Shown: piece after piece, positions 11,747 to 25,944 of the stretch
Numbering within the stretch: the first letter of the stretch is position 1
Layout of the letters: each line of letters begins with the position of its first letter
From: Eledone cirrhosa
Taxonomy: Eukaryota
Length of the DNA stretch: 64,000 nt
Direction: 5' to 3'
Assembly (NCBI GenBank): GCA_964016885.1
Contig: OZ024745.1
Span: 84,320,001 to 84,384,000, forward strand
Position numbers and translations under genes: made by a program
The notes under the pieces: generated by a model
What the model was told of the DNA's origin: nothing
Database searches by the model: none
Seen by the model: only the letters and a program-made list of their open reading frames with translations

Positions 11747-12349
11747 AAAAAAGTCAATCTGTGAACGCAGAAGTAAATATTTCAAAAACCGTTGCAACCG
11801 AAAGAAGACAGGAAGACGATACTTTGGTTCGTGGAAACGTTCCCTGGCAAAGAACGGGAAAAAAACGAAGATAATGCGTCATTATTTGGTGCAGTGAAAA
11901 AACGCGAAGACAAAACCACGTTTATCGTATAAATGAAGTCGTAGACTAATATTCTATTAGGTGGTTCATGGAGACGTTCTCTGGCAATGAACGGAAAAAA
12001 CGATAATACGTCATTATGTGGAGCAATGAAAACAATTACACGCAAAGACAAAACCACGTATAACTGAAGTCGTAGACTAAAATTCTATTTAGGAAACCGA
12101 ATGATTCTCGGCTTCAGAGTTAAGAATAAAGTAAATAAAATACAGAGGTTATTGAAATCATTTATATACATACACACATCCATATACGTACATACACAAG
12201 CATACGCGAAACCACTCCCCATGGGTATGCAAATACAAGCACGTACACACAAAGAAAAACACATACACACGCACATACAGAACCCAGACAACGCCTGTGC
12301 CGCACACATACGAACGTATACACCAAATACACATGAAAAAATAAATAAA

Positions 12350-12400
<51 letters not shown>

Positions 12401-12408
<8 letters not shown>

Positions 12409-12648
12409 TAAGATCAAAAGATGGTTAAAAGAGTTCCATGTATTTTATTATGCGCATTTCAAAAACAAATATCATCATGCAATAATATTTGTGTTTTCAT
12501 CAGATAAAATAGGAAGACATGATATGAAGGTTAAAAAACACTTGTGAATAGTGCAGTTTTAAATCAACATATGATGATATTTGTTTTTGAAATGCGCATA
12601 ATAAAATACATGGAACTCTTTTAACCATCTTTTGTTCTTATATATTAT
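12401..12648. repeat. Foldback (~78-bp arms) between (TA)n tracts, containing a hammerhead
   Basis: 12401-12478 mirrored by 12571-12648; extension to ~12732. Confidence 0.85.
12442..12510 (-). ncRNA. Type I hammerhead ribozyme
   Basis: Minus strand: attttat CTGATGA aaacacaaatatta-ttgcatga-tgatatttgttttt GAAA tgcgca TA ataaaat; 7-bp stem I, long stem II, palindromic stem III. Confidence 0.88.
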
Positions 12649-12734
12649 GTATACTCCAGTCCTACAAACTGTAGAGTGCTTCTTATCCGATATCTGCATT
12701 GCTTTATTGTACTACAATAAAACTCACCTCCTAC

Positions 12735-12766
<32 letters not shown>

Positions 12767-12882
12767 GTGTGTGTGTGTGTGCTTGTATACATAATTAAAT
12801 AAACGTATATAAATATACACACATAAATACGTATACAACGCGCGCGCACACACAGCCACATGTAAAGACATATGTTCGCAGA

Positions 12883-13010
12883 CGTACGTCAACCAAAACA
12901 CAAAGTACACATATACACACACCCTACATACGGGACTTTTGCGTTTGTGTGAGTATACGTACGTATGTAGGGTGTGTTATATATGTGTACTTTCTGTTTG
13001 GTTGACGTAC
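12883..13010. repeat. Small imperfect inverted repeat (~50-bp arms)
   Basis: CGTACGTCAACCAAAAC...CACCCTACATACG mirrored by CGTATGTAGGGTG...GTTTGGTTGACGTACG. Confidence 0.75.
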
Positions 13011-14437
13011 GAATATTCATTCCAGTTATATACTTATTTTGTTGAACTCTAATTATTGAAAAGCGAAGTTAACGTTTTTGTAAAAAAAAAAAAATGTACG
13101 ATGTCAGAAAATGTAAACACATGCACAAAGACACATACACACATACACACACATACATGCGCAAAGACACATACACACATACACATATGCACATACACAT
13201 ATACGCGGGGGTGGACACACACTCATATACGCGCACGCACACATGCACACGCATGAACATAGACACACAAATACACACATTCACATACACAAACACTGTG
13301 ACATATTTTGCAATATGTGCAGTATATTTTTGCTATAATTATAGGGAAACAAACTCAATATTCAGGTTAGAAGATTTTAACTTTTACTTTTAGTTATTTA
13401 GAACCTGCTTTATATAACGAATTTCATCAATAAGAACCATAAACATTTAAATGTCACAAAGCTATAAAATACAAATCAATGTTTTTCACGTACGAACGGT
13501 TATAACCAAAGAATTCTAATAATATATGAATTATATGACATAGAAAGCTTTCAAAATTTCCATATTTTTAAACATTATTGACATTTGAATTTGAAGTTTT
13601 ATAATATAAAATTTGAAATAACGATCGATATTGTAATCAAATAAATATATTTGGTTCAACTGGCATATGATAAAGTTCAATTAGATTAGATAAATTTAAA
13701 ATAAAGAAAGAAAGGAAAAATTGGGGAAGGAAGAAAGAAAGAAACAAACAAAGAAACAAAGAAAGAAAGAAAGAAGTGTACATTGACATTCATACCTATC
13801 CACTTTCATGTAGATAGAATACATAGTTTCAACAGGGATGAAACAAATCGAAATATTTTTTCATATAAAATAATCCATATCGTATACATTTTTAATAGCT
13901 CTAACTGTTTCTAACTTGTTCTGGTTACCATTTCTTTTCAGATAAATGATGACAGGCATTAAGCTAACTCAGTAAATGAAAAGGCAAGCTGTAATTGTTG
14001 CTTTAAATACTGAACACGGTGATTTAGCGGTTGCTTGCTCCCTGAAAGTTGCACGGTCGTGGGTCTCCAAGAACAACTCAGGTGAAGATCCACCAGAGTC
14101 TTTTAGAGTCGTCTCCACTTGGCAGGCTTGACTCACTGGGTTCATAGAGACACACTTCAGTAGAATATCGTTCAAACATGTTTTAAAAACATGTAAACAA
14201 AGTTGTTGTATACAGATATTAACTCATCAATCCCATTGTCCTAATAATTATAGCATACATATGTCTTTTACTGTTATGTCCTTCTTACAGTTGTTTTACG
14301 GCATCCCTCTCCCTCTTTGTTCATTCTCTTATACTGTCCATTTTTCTCACTTTCTCTCTCCTTCATTGATTTTCTTTGTCATCTTCTAATTTTCCAACAT
14401 CAGAGATGTAATGTACATAACATTATTAAGAATAATA

Positions 14438-14910
14438 ATTGTTTCTACTTTTGGCACAAGGCCAGCAATTAATCCAGTGTATTACTGGTACTTTATTTTA
14501 TCGACCCCGTAAGGATGAAAGGCAAAGTTAACCTCGGCGGGATTTGAACTCAGTCCGTAAAGGGATGTAACCGATACTGCCAATCAATTATTAATAATAA
14601 TAATCCTGCCGAGGTTAACTCTGCCTTTCATCCTTACGGGGTCGATAAAATAAAGTACCAGTAATGCACTGATATAATTGCTGGCCTTGTGCCAAAAGTA
14701 GAAACAATTATTAATAATAATAATGGTTTCTGATTTAGGCATAAGGCCAGCAATTTTAGGGGAAGCGAAAATTGATTAAATCGACCTCATTCGTGCTTTA
14801 TTTTATCAACCCATTAAGGATAAAAGACAAAGCTAACCTCGGCGGGATTTGAACTGAGGGCGGAGATAGTCGGAATGAATAATGCAAAGCCTCCTACCCG
14901 ACGTTCTAAT
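14438..14910. mobile_element. Cluster of three SINE copies in alternating orientation (- 14438-14585, + 14607-14710, - 14724-14910)
   Basis: Family core found three times; neighbours are mutually inverted. Confidence 0.88.
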
Positions 14911-16199
14911 AACAAATCTATTTTAGCAGAGCGTTCTAAAGTTTGTATCTTTCTCAGACATACTATCATGTAGTGCAGATTGGCTTCAAACAGAAATCTA
15001 ATACCGTACTATGTAATTAGTTCGGTATTCTGCTATCTTAGATTCTTATTTTAATCTCGACAGAAAGCTATATTATGTTGTAATCACCTTCTGAAGTTAA
15101 TAAAATATACATTATAACTATTTTTTGAATTGGCAAATATTACATCCAATCATATTTTATAGTAATAACTCGTTTCTTTAGTCTGAAGTAATAAAGTTCG
15201 ATTAAATATTACACTAGGTGATTGCATTATTGTTACAATTTCTTCAAAATAATCATAGTAAATTATTTAAGCAACTAATTACTCTCAGCAACGATATTTT
15301 AAATAGATTTATCAGAGGCTGGGAGGGGGGGGGACACCACCTTTAATATTTGCTTGTTTTCCTAAATGGGTGATATCGATGAGATTAATGTTTAGACTGA
15401 AAATCCATATGTACGACCGGGGGTAGGTAAGGATTGTAATTCTGTGCAGGAATTATTTGGGGGAAATAGAGTAGGAAGGCAGAAATCGGAAGACGTGTGT
15501 GAAGGGTGAGTCTTGTAATTCAGAGAAACATCGGTTATTATCGTGCAGTAGAAACAGTTACAAAGTTCGTCTGTAACAGTGCATCTATGAATCAGTAGTG
15601 AAGCGTGTTAGTAGGTGAATCTTTGTTATTGAATCACATTCATATGTAACTGTATTTCCGTAGATTGTGAGCCCTAAATAATGTGGATCTTAACTGAACT
15701 TTGTAGAGAGTCAAGAATGTATCAAGATTTTTGTTTTTTTCATGTCTTAAACAGAAAACTTAGTTGGCTTTGGGAAAGAATTTGAATAATATTATACATA
15801 TGGAAGCGCCATAAGACATTAAAATAGATTGGAGATATTTGGTATCTGTGTGGACAGTTCAGGGTTCGAATTGAGTATGTTCAGATGTAGAGATGGTGCG
15901 GCATAAAGATTGTTTACTTTATATGTTTAATGTTTTGTCCTGTTGTTAAAAGAGACGTAACCATTGAATGATATTATTGAGGTCTCTGTGTATAGAGGTA
16001 GGACAAATCTAAAATTACGTTAAAGAGGAGTGTTATGCAATATCGTCTACATTATAATGTTTGTGGTTTAGTGGTGACATGCCATTAACAAGTTTATATT
16101 AAATATATATGAAATGTGTGTATGTCATTTGTGTGTGCATGTACATGTGCGGTAGTGTTTTTGTGTCTTTCTTTCTTTCGTGTGAGACAGCAATCACGT

Positions 16200-16560
16200 G
16201 GCATTCCACAGACACTGCAACCAGCTCACGGTAGTGGGATTATTGTGCGTGAGGTCCACAAGCTCAGGTGGGAGGAGATCCGGGCACTCACTCAGTATGT
16301 GTCTGCAGTCTGTTCTAGCAAGCCACACTGGCAAGCAGCTGATGGCTGAAACCACCAGTGATTCATGGTTGCATTGAATCGGCCGACCCCTCTGCGTGGC
16401 CGATTAAGGGACACCCACTCCATCCGAGAAAGGTTAACGACTGGTGGGAGAGTTGTATTGGGGCTGACGTTTAATTGGACCGATAGAGATGTCTGTTGCA
16501 TGCTGAAATTTTAGTTTTGCAACTGCGTGACGAGGGAAAAGGTGACGTGACATCAAGCGA
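16200..16560 (-). mobile_element. 3' fragment of an Ingi/Vingi-like LINE
   Basis: LPPVVNLSRMEWVSLNRPRRGVGRFNATMNHWWFQPSAACQCGLLEQTAD then (shifted frame) HILSECP, matching the W..LNR.R.G.GR...C.CG...QT..HI...CP C-terminus. Confidence 0.7.
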
Positions 16561-17524
16561 TGTTGGTTTAGTAGCCAATCAACTGGTTTTTGTATGATTA
16601 TAGCTCTGTGTATATGTGTATGAGCTGTGTGATCTACTATACATATGTTTGGGTGTGTGTATGTATGTATGTGTGAGAGAGAGAGAGAGAGAGAGGGGGA
16701 GAGAGTAGCAACATAAAAAAAAACTAATGTTAATCTGAGGAACTTTTATTTCCTTCATCTAAAATTGTTTGTATACTTAATAACTTCAGAGATCATTTCT
16801 CGCCTGAACATAAGCGCAAGGAGCTGGAGATAAACAATGATATTTATATTTATTTTACAATCATCAAGTGAAGACAGTCGGTAAATAGAATTGGTAAAGT
16901 ATAGGCTACTACTATCGGATGACTAAATAGTATTCAGAAAATGGCTAAATGGATATTCAGCATGATGACAGTAGAGAATAAGACAAATTTAAACACGTTG
17001 TCATTCATACAACGATAAGGATAGAATTATGGTTGGCCCTAGAGAACCTTTTATTCGAAGATTTTTTATATATTCTATTGACTTGTCACCAGCAGTCACT
17101 TCAGTATCAGATATTGAATAGAGACGGAAAGGTCACAAAACTGAGATTAACAGACATTCAGCAGCAAAATTGAGCATTTAAAAGTTCATTCAAGTTTAGA
17201 ACGAAGACATCCACCTTATTTCCCTTCAATTTCATCTGCTGTTCATGCTCATTCGAATCTTTTTTATTACACTGAACAACAACAATGTTGTCACAAGTGT
17301 TATAAATGTACTTTTGAATGCTGAATATAAATTGGGAATCAGATTTTTCCTACCAGATTTAGTTTCGTATGATACTACCTTCTGCAGTTAGAATAATCTC
17401 TGGATAAAATAATAATATTTTACATTAAATGTATTATTTTTATAATTAAAGATCTGGAAATCAATTTATATGTTATATCAATTTTGGTGTAACAAGTAAT
17501 TCCTTTAGAGAGATGTCCTGATAA

Positions 17525-17710
17525 TGCTTTCTACATTTGGCACAAGGCCAGCATTTTTTTTTTTTTGTGGCGATTAAATTGACCACTGTTGTGGCGATTA
17601 AATTGACCTACTGTTGCTTTATTTTATCGACCCCGTAAGGATGAAAGGCAAAGCTAACTTCGGTGGGATTTGAACTCAGAACGCAAAAGGCTCTATACTG
17701 CAAAGCTATG
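17525..17710 (-). mobile_element. tRNA-derived SINE, degraded, with an internal ~24-bp duplication
   Basis: Family core; TGTGGCGATTAAATTGACC occurs twice. Confidence 0.8.
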
Positions 17711-18118
17711 CTAACAGTATATATTTGGTCGGAGCAGCAGAAATATGTTTACAACTATTCAGAATATGAGCTTAGTCTATCTGCTTGTGAATGCCACATT
17801 GGTAAGAGCTGGTTTGTTCTTCTCCAACCAAGGTACATTTTATTTTAAACTAATGTTACGTCGTTTACATAAAATTTTAATAAATACAATAAATATACGG
17901 ATCTTTAAAATATTTCACTCGTGACACACGAAGAATGTGATCGTTTTTGTTCCCCAGTATCATCTTAGAATTATTCTTTTTTTTCTTTTCAATATGATTT
18001 TTGCGTGTTAAAAATAATGTGCTTAAGGCATTTTATTTTCATCGAACTTTATTTCAATTTAACAACTTTGAGAATCCTGTTTATAGAACGCTTATAAACG
18101 TGATCAGCAAATATATTA

Positions 18119-18179
<61 letters not shown>

Positions 18180-18223
18180 AAGTTAAATAAAAGTCAAATG
18201 ATTAAAATTTAGCTTCGTTTATT

Positions 18224-18278
18224 ACTGCTATATATATTTCAGTGACAGCCATCTTTGGCTGTGACCTCTTCAGGCAGT
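18224..18278 (-). ncRNA. Type I hammerhead ribozyme (mirror of 20416-20470)
   Basis: Reverse complement of the copy at 20416-20470. Confidence 0.88.
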
Positions 18279-20415
18279 TTGAATTAGTATGGTATAGACA
18301 AGTACATATGTTGTTTAGGTGTATGATATTGTCAATACTCTGATATGCCCAGTTCCTTGCTGGGTTGTTAATTCACTGGGGAACTGGAGTCATATGAATT
18401 CAAACAAACGAATTTTCGTGTCACAGGTCCCCTTCTCCTCTCATTGGTCAGTTATTAGTGTTGTCATTGTTGGAGTTAGCTTAAAAATTGATAAAATGGT
18501 AGAAGGGACAAGGTGTTGAAGGAACAAAATATCAAAAAATGTGTCAAACTTCCCATTGTTCAGTTCTGAGAGCATTCCTCAGTCAGAAGTCTATAGAATT
18601 CTTTCTGGGGTGAGGCTCCCTGTAGTGTTTATGCCTGCTATTGTTCAGTACATTTGACCCCCACCATTATTTTGGTACTGTTGTTGTTGTAGTGGTCAGC
18701 TTATATCTTGCTGCTGCTAACAATTTAGAAGTATTCAGTTTGTGTTTTCTCTTCATCCCACCCGCCACCATCGTAGTGGTGGTGGCGGGGGGGGGGTTAT
18801 TTCATGTATATGAAGAAATATAAGGCAATAAATGAAGAAAACAGAAGATAAATAAATAATATAATAAAATAATTAATATAATTTGTGTAATTTGAAAATA
18901 AATAAATAAATAGAGAATAAAGAATAAAGAGTAAATGAGAGATTGGTGAAAAAGTAATGATAATGTATATGGAGAAGTGAGAAATAATGTAGGATAAAGT
19001 GTGTGTGTGTGTGTGCTATAACCAATCTCAAGGTCAGAATATGTTGGATAGATTGGTATGATACAAGATGTTAAGATGAGATATTCAATGTGTTTGTGTT
19101 ATAATCTATCTCAACTTAAAATAAATATAAGGTTATACAGTGAAGAGGGCAGAAAACAAATAACAAATTAATATAGAGAAATCAAGATTTAAGATTGGAA
19201 CTTTAAAGTCAGAAATCTGGTAAATTAAAAGTGTTTGTGTTATAGATGTTGGCCAGATTATTATGGCTGTGTCCGATTCAGTCTCTAGGCTATCATGGTG
19301 TCTGCTCCGCCTGGGTTGTTCCCTATGGCTTGAGGGGAGTTCACAACCTAGGGTGTTGTAATTTTCCATATAGCTTGAAGGAGGAGCAGACACCATGATA
19401 GCCTAGAGACTGAATCGGACACAGCCATAATAATCTGGCCAACATCTATAACACAAACACTTTTAATTTACCAGATTTCTGACTTTAAAGTTCCAATCTT
19501 AAATCTTGATTTCTCTATATTAATTTGTTATTTGTTTTCTGCCCTCTTCACTGTATAACCTTATATTTATTTTAAGTTGAGATAGATTATAACACAAACA
19601 CATTGAATATCTCATCTTAACATCTTGTATCATACCAATCTATCCAACATATTCTGACCTTGAGATTGGTTATAGCACACACACACACACACTTTATCCT
19701 ACATTATTTCTCACTTCTCCATATACATTATCATTACTTTTTCACCAATCTCTCATTTACTCTTTATTCTTTATTCTCTATTTATTTATTTATTTTCAAA
19801 TTACACAAATTATATTAATTATTTTATTATATTATTTATTTATCTTCTGTTTTCTTCATTTATTGCCTTATATTTCTTCATATACATGAAATAACCCCCC
19901 CCCCCCCGCCACCACCACTACGATGGTGGCGGGTGGGATGAAGAGAAAACACAAACTGAATACTTCTAAATTGTTAGCAGCAGCAAGATATAAGCTGACC
20001 ACTACAACAACAACAGTACCAAAATAATGGTGGGGGTCAAATGTACTGAACAATAGCAGGCATAAACACTACAGGGAGCCTCACCCCAGAAAGAATTCTA
20101 TAGACTTCTGACTGAGGAATGCTCTCAGAACTGAACAATGGGAAGTTTGACACATTTTTTGATATTTTGTTCCTTCAACACCTTGTCCCTTCTACCATTT
20201 TATCAATTTTTAAGCTAACTCCAACAATGACAACACTAATAACTGACCAATGAGAGGAGAAGGGGACCTGTGACACGAAAATTCGTTTGTTTGAATTCAT
20301 ATGACTCCAGTTCCCCAGTGAATTAACAACCCAGCAAGGAACTGGGCATATCAGAGTATTGACAATATCATACACCTAAACAACATATGTACTTGTCTAT
20401 ACCATACTAATTCAA

Positions 20416-20470
20416 ACTGCCTGAAGAGGTCACAGCCAAAGATGGCTGTCACTGAAATATATATAGCAGT
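20416..20470 (+). ncRNA. Type I hammerhead ribozyme
   Basis: actgc CTGAAGA ggtcacagcc-aaagat-ggctgtcact GAAA tatata TA gcagt. Confidence 0.88.
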
Positions 20471-20616
20471 AATAAACGAAGCTAAATTTTAATCATTTGA
20501 CTTTTATTTAACTTTATTTTACACTACTCCGGAATAACCAAACCAACCTGCGTACTTCGTCGAGTGCTCCAGCCTGCATACTGAGGTGTTGGTATGCAAC
20601 CAACATAAACTCAAAA

Positions 20617-20651
<35 letters not shown>

Positions 20652-20735
20652 TGCTCACGCTCTCTCTCTGTCTCTCTCTCTCTCTCGACCTCTAGTCCTC
20701 TCTTTCTTGCTCTCGCTTTCTCTCTCTCGCTCCCC

Positions 20736-20766
<31 letters not shown>

Positions 20767-23700
20767 AAGGCTTTTAAATACTTATAATGAATAGATGGCT
20801 TTAAATGTGTACATGTGAATGCTCAAACTAACTTAATTAATGCGTTAATTATATTGATATGTTGTAATTACACGATTTTATTATAAGACATAAGTATCAG
20901 ATATCTTCTGTCATTCTCGGTTATAGACACAGACAGCGACATCACTTTTATATTGTAAAGATTAGAATTGGCTGAAATAACGCTGTGTTGTGAACTTTAA
21001 GCAAAGGAAGCATCCATTAATTATTGCCTGTCTTACTGATAAATGTAGATTGCTGTACCAAGAAATGGAATCAATTTAGAGACAGTTCGATACGATTAGG
21101 AAATGGGACTTAACCATAGACTGTATATAACCGTAGTTAGATAATATGGATGGTTTAACCATTCCATCATTCTGTGTCCACATGATAAAGATAAAAACAA
21201 AGCCATTCTTCTTCTTCACCCACTTATTCGTGAGATGGTCATGGGGCAGTTTCCTCAAACACTCATTCCAGCGGGTCCTCTCAAAAGCAACCGTCTCCAA
21301 ACAAGACCAGCTAATGGAATAAAGCCATGAAACTCAAAAACAGGATCAGCACACAGAAAACTGAGTTTAGATGCAACGAAGGAGAACAAACTCTACAACC
21401 AAGAGAGTCAATGTATCTAACTAAGCAGGTTATCAGAAGGTACCTATAATAATGAAATTGTTGATAGAAAGTAATTTGTTGAACAAAAGATTAAAAAAGA
21501 AGAATGAAAAAGGTAAAGGGGGAATGGGGCAGACTCTACCCCCCACGGTATATCCGAGCTATACCACGCGGAAAACAGCCAGCGATATTCGTTACATCGT
21601 CCATTCCACCTCCAAGAGGCTCATTCCTCAGGGGGGTTGATCTGCTCCTGACTTTGCTGGGGTAAAAATGGCAGTCCGGAGACCAACGACACTGGAACTC
21701 TCGACTGCAACCGACATGAAAATGGAGTGGTCGGTTAAGACCCGGTATTTGGATTTCTAAAATATATTATATAAAGTTTTGAAGTCCTGCCTATATATAC
21801 ATATGTATATATAGAATTTCTTAAGTAGATATCGTATCTTAATTATTCGTATCAAGTTATTGCTAAAACTTTAGCGAGCAAAATATTTGCAGATATACAA
21901 TGAAAAACTGAAAACGATTTTATTTTTGGTTTGTCTAAGATGACTGCCTATTATAGACATTCAGAATGATAAAATATAGAATTCCTACAAATGATGCAAT
22001 AATAATTACAAACATAATTATAAAAGCTTATAACTTGTCACTATCCATATATACTCACTCCAATCTAACGTTGTTCTAAATATTATATACTGTACCACCG
22101 TTTACCAAAATCATGAAAGATCTGGCACAATAGAATCAATATTTATTTATAAGAATGTGTTGTTTCACTGACGATAATGATGTTGGTGTTAATACTAGCT
22201 GTAACAACAGTAGAGGTTATGATGAAGTTTATAGTGGTGATTGTTACATTAAAGAACATATAGATATATGAAATATTTAAGATGTAATAAACACGGAATA
22301 TTGCCATTAGTAATACAGTCTCAATGTTGTTGTTTGTCCCACCACCATCGCCAGGTCAGCCCTAATTTAGCAGGCCTATGATCAAAAGCATTCCAACCGT
22401 GACTCATCTGTCTTTTACCAACGTGCAGGGAACTCAGATCTATATTAATTATCTAATGCGACCATTGGCTCGAATGTGGTCTAGTATGGTATAGAAGTGA
22501 TATGAAGTGATTATGGAATAATGCATTGGATAATGTCGTCCCTGCTAATTTAAGATTTTCAAGGAGGTCAGGGACAGTACGTTTCAGATGACTTCATCTC
22601 TGTTCATCTTCGTGTACTATCATTTTATGCTTATGCACATGTACTTGCTTTATACCTTAACTCACAATCTTGTATGTCATATAAGATTAAATAGGCCTAA
22701 CTCTTAACTTGAGTTTTGTGTTGTTTTTAACTTTGATTCTAGTTTTATATCGCTCACAAATGTTAAAATGGATTCTATTATAATTCTATTGTATCTTGCC
22801 TTTGTGAATGGACAAACGTGTTGGATATTTTCAGAATAACACGTCACATAACATTTTGCTTCTTTCTTCTTTAGTATTCATGTTCTTTATAAAGCAATAA
22901 AAATATTCTCAGAATGCAAAAGTTTAAAACTTGTTGAAATTTATAACTTAATTTTATCTGTCTTTAAATTCTCATTGAAAAATATAGAAAATAAAGAACA
23001 CATTGTTTTCAATAATAATAAAAATTGTCACCGAAAATAAACGTTATATTTTGGATCAGGTGTTTTATGGATTCATTAATAAACAATTGTTTTTGTTTGT
23101 TTGTTTTTTGTTTCCATAATGGATAGCTTTAAAAAAAATAAGGGTCAGTCTATAATATTGTATAGTTAATAGGATTCTTTTGGTTGTCTTTATTTAGTTA
23201 GTTTATTTTTCTTAGAAATTGGATTGCTGGTTTTTCATTTGTTAATGAAAATATAGAATTAGAAATTTCATTATGTTCCACTAGATATACTCTGGTCAAA
23301 CGTTATATATATGTAGTGTGCGTGTGTGTTTGTTATTTGTCCACGTGAAGCTAAGAGAATATCTGTGTGTATACATAAATTTAAGAGATAGTGTGTGTGT
23401 GTGCGCGCGTGCACCGTTTGTGTGTGTGTTTGTTATAAGTACGAAGCCGTAAGGATATGTGTGTGTATATAAGTTTATGATGGTGTGTGCGTGTGTTAGT
23501 TGTTGGTCTGTACAGAGATTGAGGGTAAGTGTAGTGTTGTGTGCGTGTTCAAGCTGTAAGAGTGTTTCTGACCGTAACAGAGACATAGGAAAGAACATTA
23601 GGGGGGGTGCATGCAGATGTGTGACAGCGGATGAGGTAGGGGTAAGTGCGAGCTTATGTGTGCAAGGTTAGATATATATGTATATATATATTTATTTACG

Positions 23701-23790
23701 TAAAGCATGGAGCGTATGTACATAAACACGTACGCACCGCACTGTACTATGGCAGTATTTTGTTAGCTCAATGTACAAGAACAGAGCCGT

Positions 23791-24149
<359 letters not shown>

Positions 24150-25944
24150 TGATGGTAACTAAGATGCTTCCATAGGCGGTATGCCGGTTGAGTACTCTAT
24201 GCTCTTGCAGAGCAGAGTATGATAGAATCTCCAAGAGATAGTCAGACTGAAGGATGATGCGGTCAACCTGAAATCGGAAATAATCATGACGTGCAGACAC
24301 CAGAGAAGGTGCACACTCTCCGCATGGAATCCATCGGGCAGCCCAAACTAAAGGCATGCGGGGAAGCGCACGACGGCCAGAGTGGCGAAACGGGTTCAAG
24401 GAATCAGACACCATACCCTGTTGATTATATATGCCCCGTGGGGTAAGCCGACATAACCCAGGATGCCTACCCGACTCTGCACGTCACCCTAGGCAACAAC
24501 ATCGCCTGAGCCGGGACAGGTTGACCCGGATTCCATTGATATTTAGTCAAGTGCCTCACACCAATAAGGCACTGTACCTCACCCACAGTGACATCCTCCA
24601 GTATGGCCTGTCCACGCACCCCCTGCATGTGTATCTTTTCAGTAGAGAGTACATACTCTCCACGCATTCCATTTTGTAACACCTAATGTATTTTTCGTAT
24701 ACAGACACACGTGTGTATCTCATACTTCTCTTGTGTACTATCTCATATGCATACACATTTCTTCTTTTTTATATATATTCTGCACGCATTTTCTATGTAC
24801 GGTCTGCGCATACTACTTACTGTAATACCATGAACGCACATTATGTGACTTTGCGTGAGGATTCCATACGTGGTTTGATCCACGTTCGCAACGTAACAAC
24901 ATCTCTGTAGGCACATATAACAAGGTGCATCCTTTCATGTATAGCCCACTGTGTATCTTTATGTGCCGTTATATGTATATTTTTTAAATATATATATATA
25001 TGTATTTTTTTATATATGTACATATTTATAACAAGATGTATCCTTTCATGTATGGCCCATTGTGTATCTTTATATGACTTTGTGTGTATATTCTTTTCAT
25101 GTATATATATTTTTTTTATGCGTGCGTGGGTGTGTATATGAATATGCGCATATTTGTAAGAGTGTATATGCGCCAGTGTGTGTGTACAAGCACCCGTGTA
25201 GGGAAAGGGCTTGTTTGTGTATATATGTGTGTTTGCGCGCGAGTGTGTATCTGTGTGTGTATATATGTATATGGGTACGTGTATATGTGTGTGTGGGGGG
25301 GTGGAGGGGGTGGGTCTATCTATATGTATGTACGTGTTTGTGTGTACGGGTATATATACGCGTGTGTAAGCACATGTATGTGTGTGTGTGTTGATGTATA
25401 TAGGCATGTGGGTATGTGTCTGTGTGTGTACGTGCCTCTCTGGATGCATGTATGCGTATATTTATGTTCTCCTTAAATGTGTGTATAGCGAGCGACTTTG
25501 CGTATGACTGTCATTATCTCTTTACTTGTGTGTGGTGTGTGTGTGTATGTGTGTGTGTGCGTGCGCGCGCGCGTGGATGTGTGAACAACCAAACACAGCA
25601 GTAATTTGTGTAGCAGACATGGGACAGCTAACGCCCTAATGGTCAGCGAACTGGTACCTGTGGTCAGAATTATGATGACGTCGATAACCAGCGGCTAATC
25701 ACAGGACACGCGAAGAGGATGAAGTTTTTGACTGTACTGGCCCAGAGGGTCAGATACCCCAGTGAGAGAATATGCTCCGAAATCATTAGACGTGTCCGTC
25801 GAACCTGCGGGTCCAGAATCAGACAGATCCACACAATGATCGCGTCTCGAGCTGTCCGCCGGGGAATCAATTGTAACACACAATAAATTGAGTTCAGATG
25901 CATCACTGATTTTTCGTTTTCTATTCTATATATGGCGGAGTTGA

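Larger units (their letters stand above)
18173..20617. mobile_element. Large near-perfect foldback, Penelope-like: arms 18173-19308 and 19383-20521, 74-bp spacer, one-sided extension to ~20617, inside (TA)n
   Basis: Identical mirrored ORFs in the track (18319+/20375-); the only difference I noticed is a G10 vs C13 run; hammerhead near each outer end. Confidence 0.93.
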
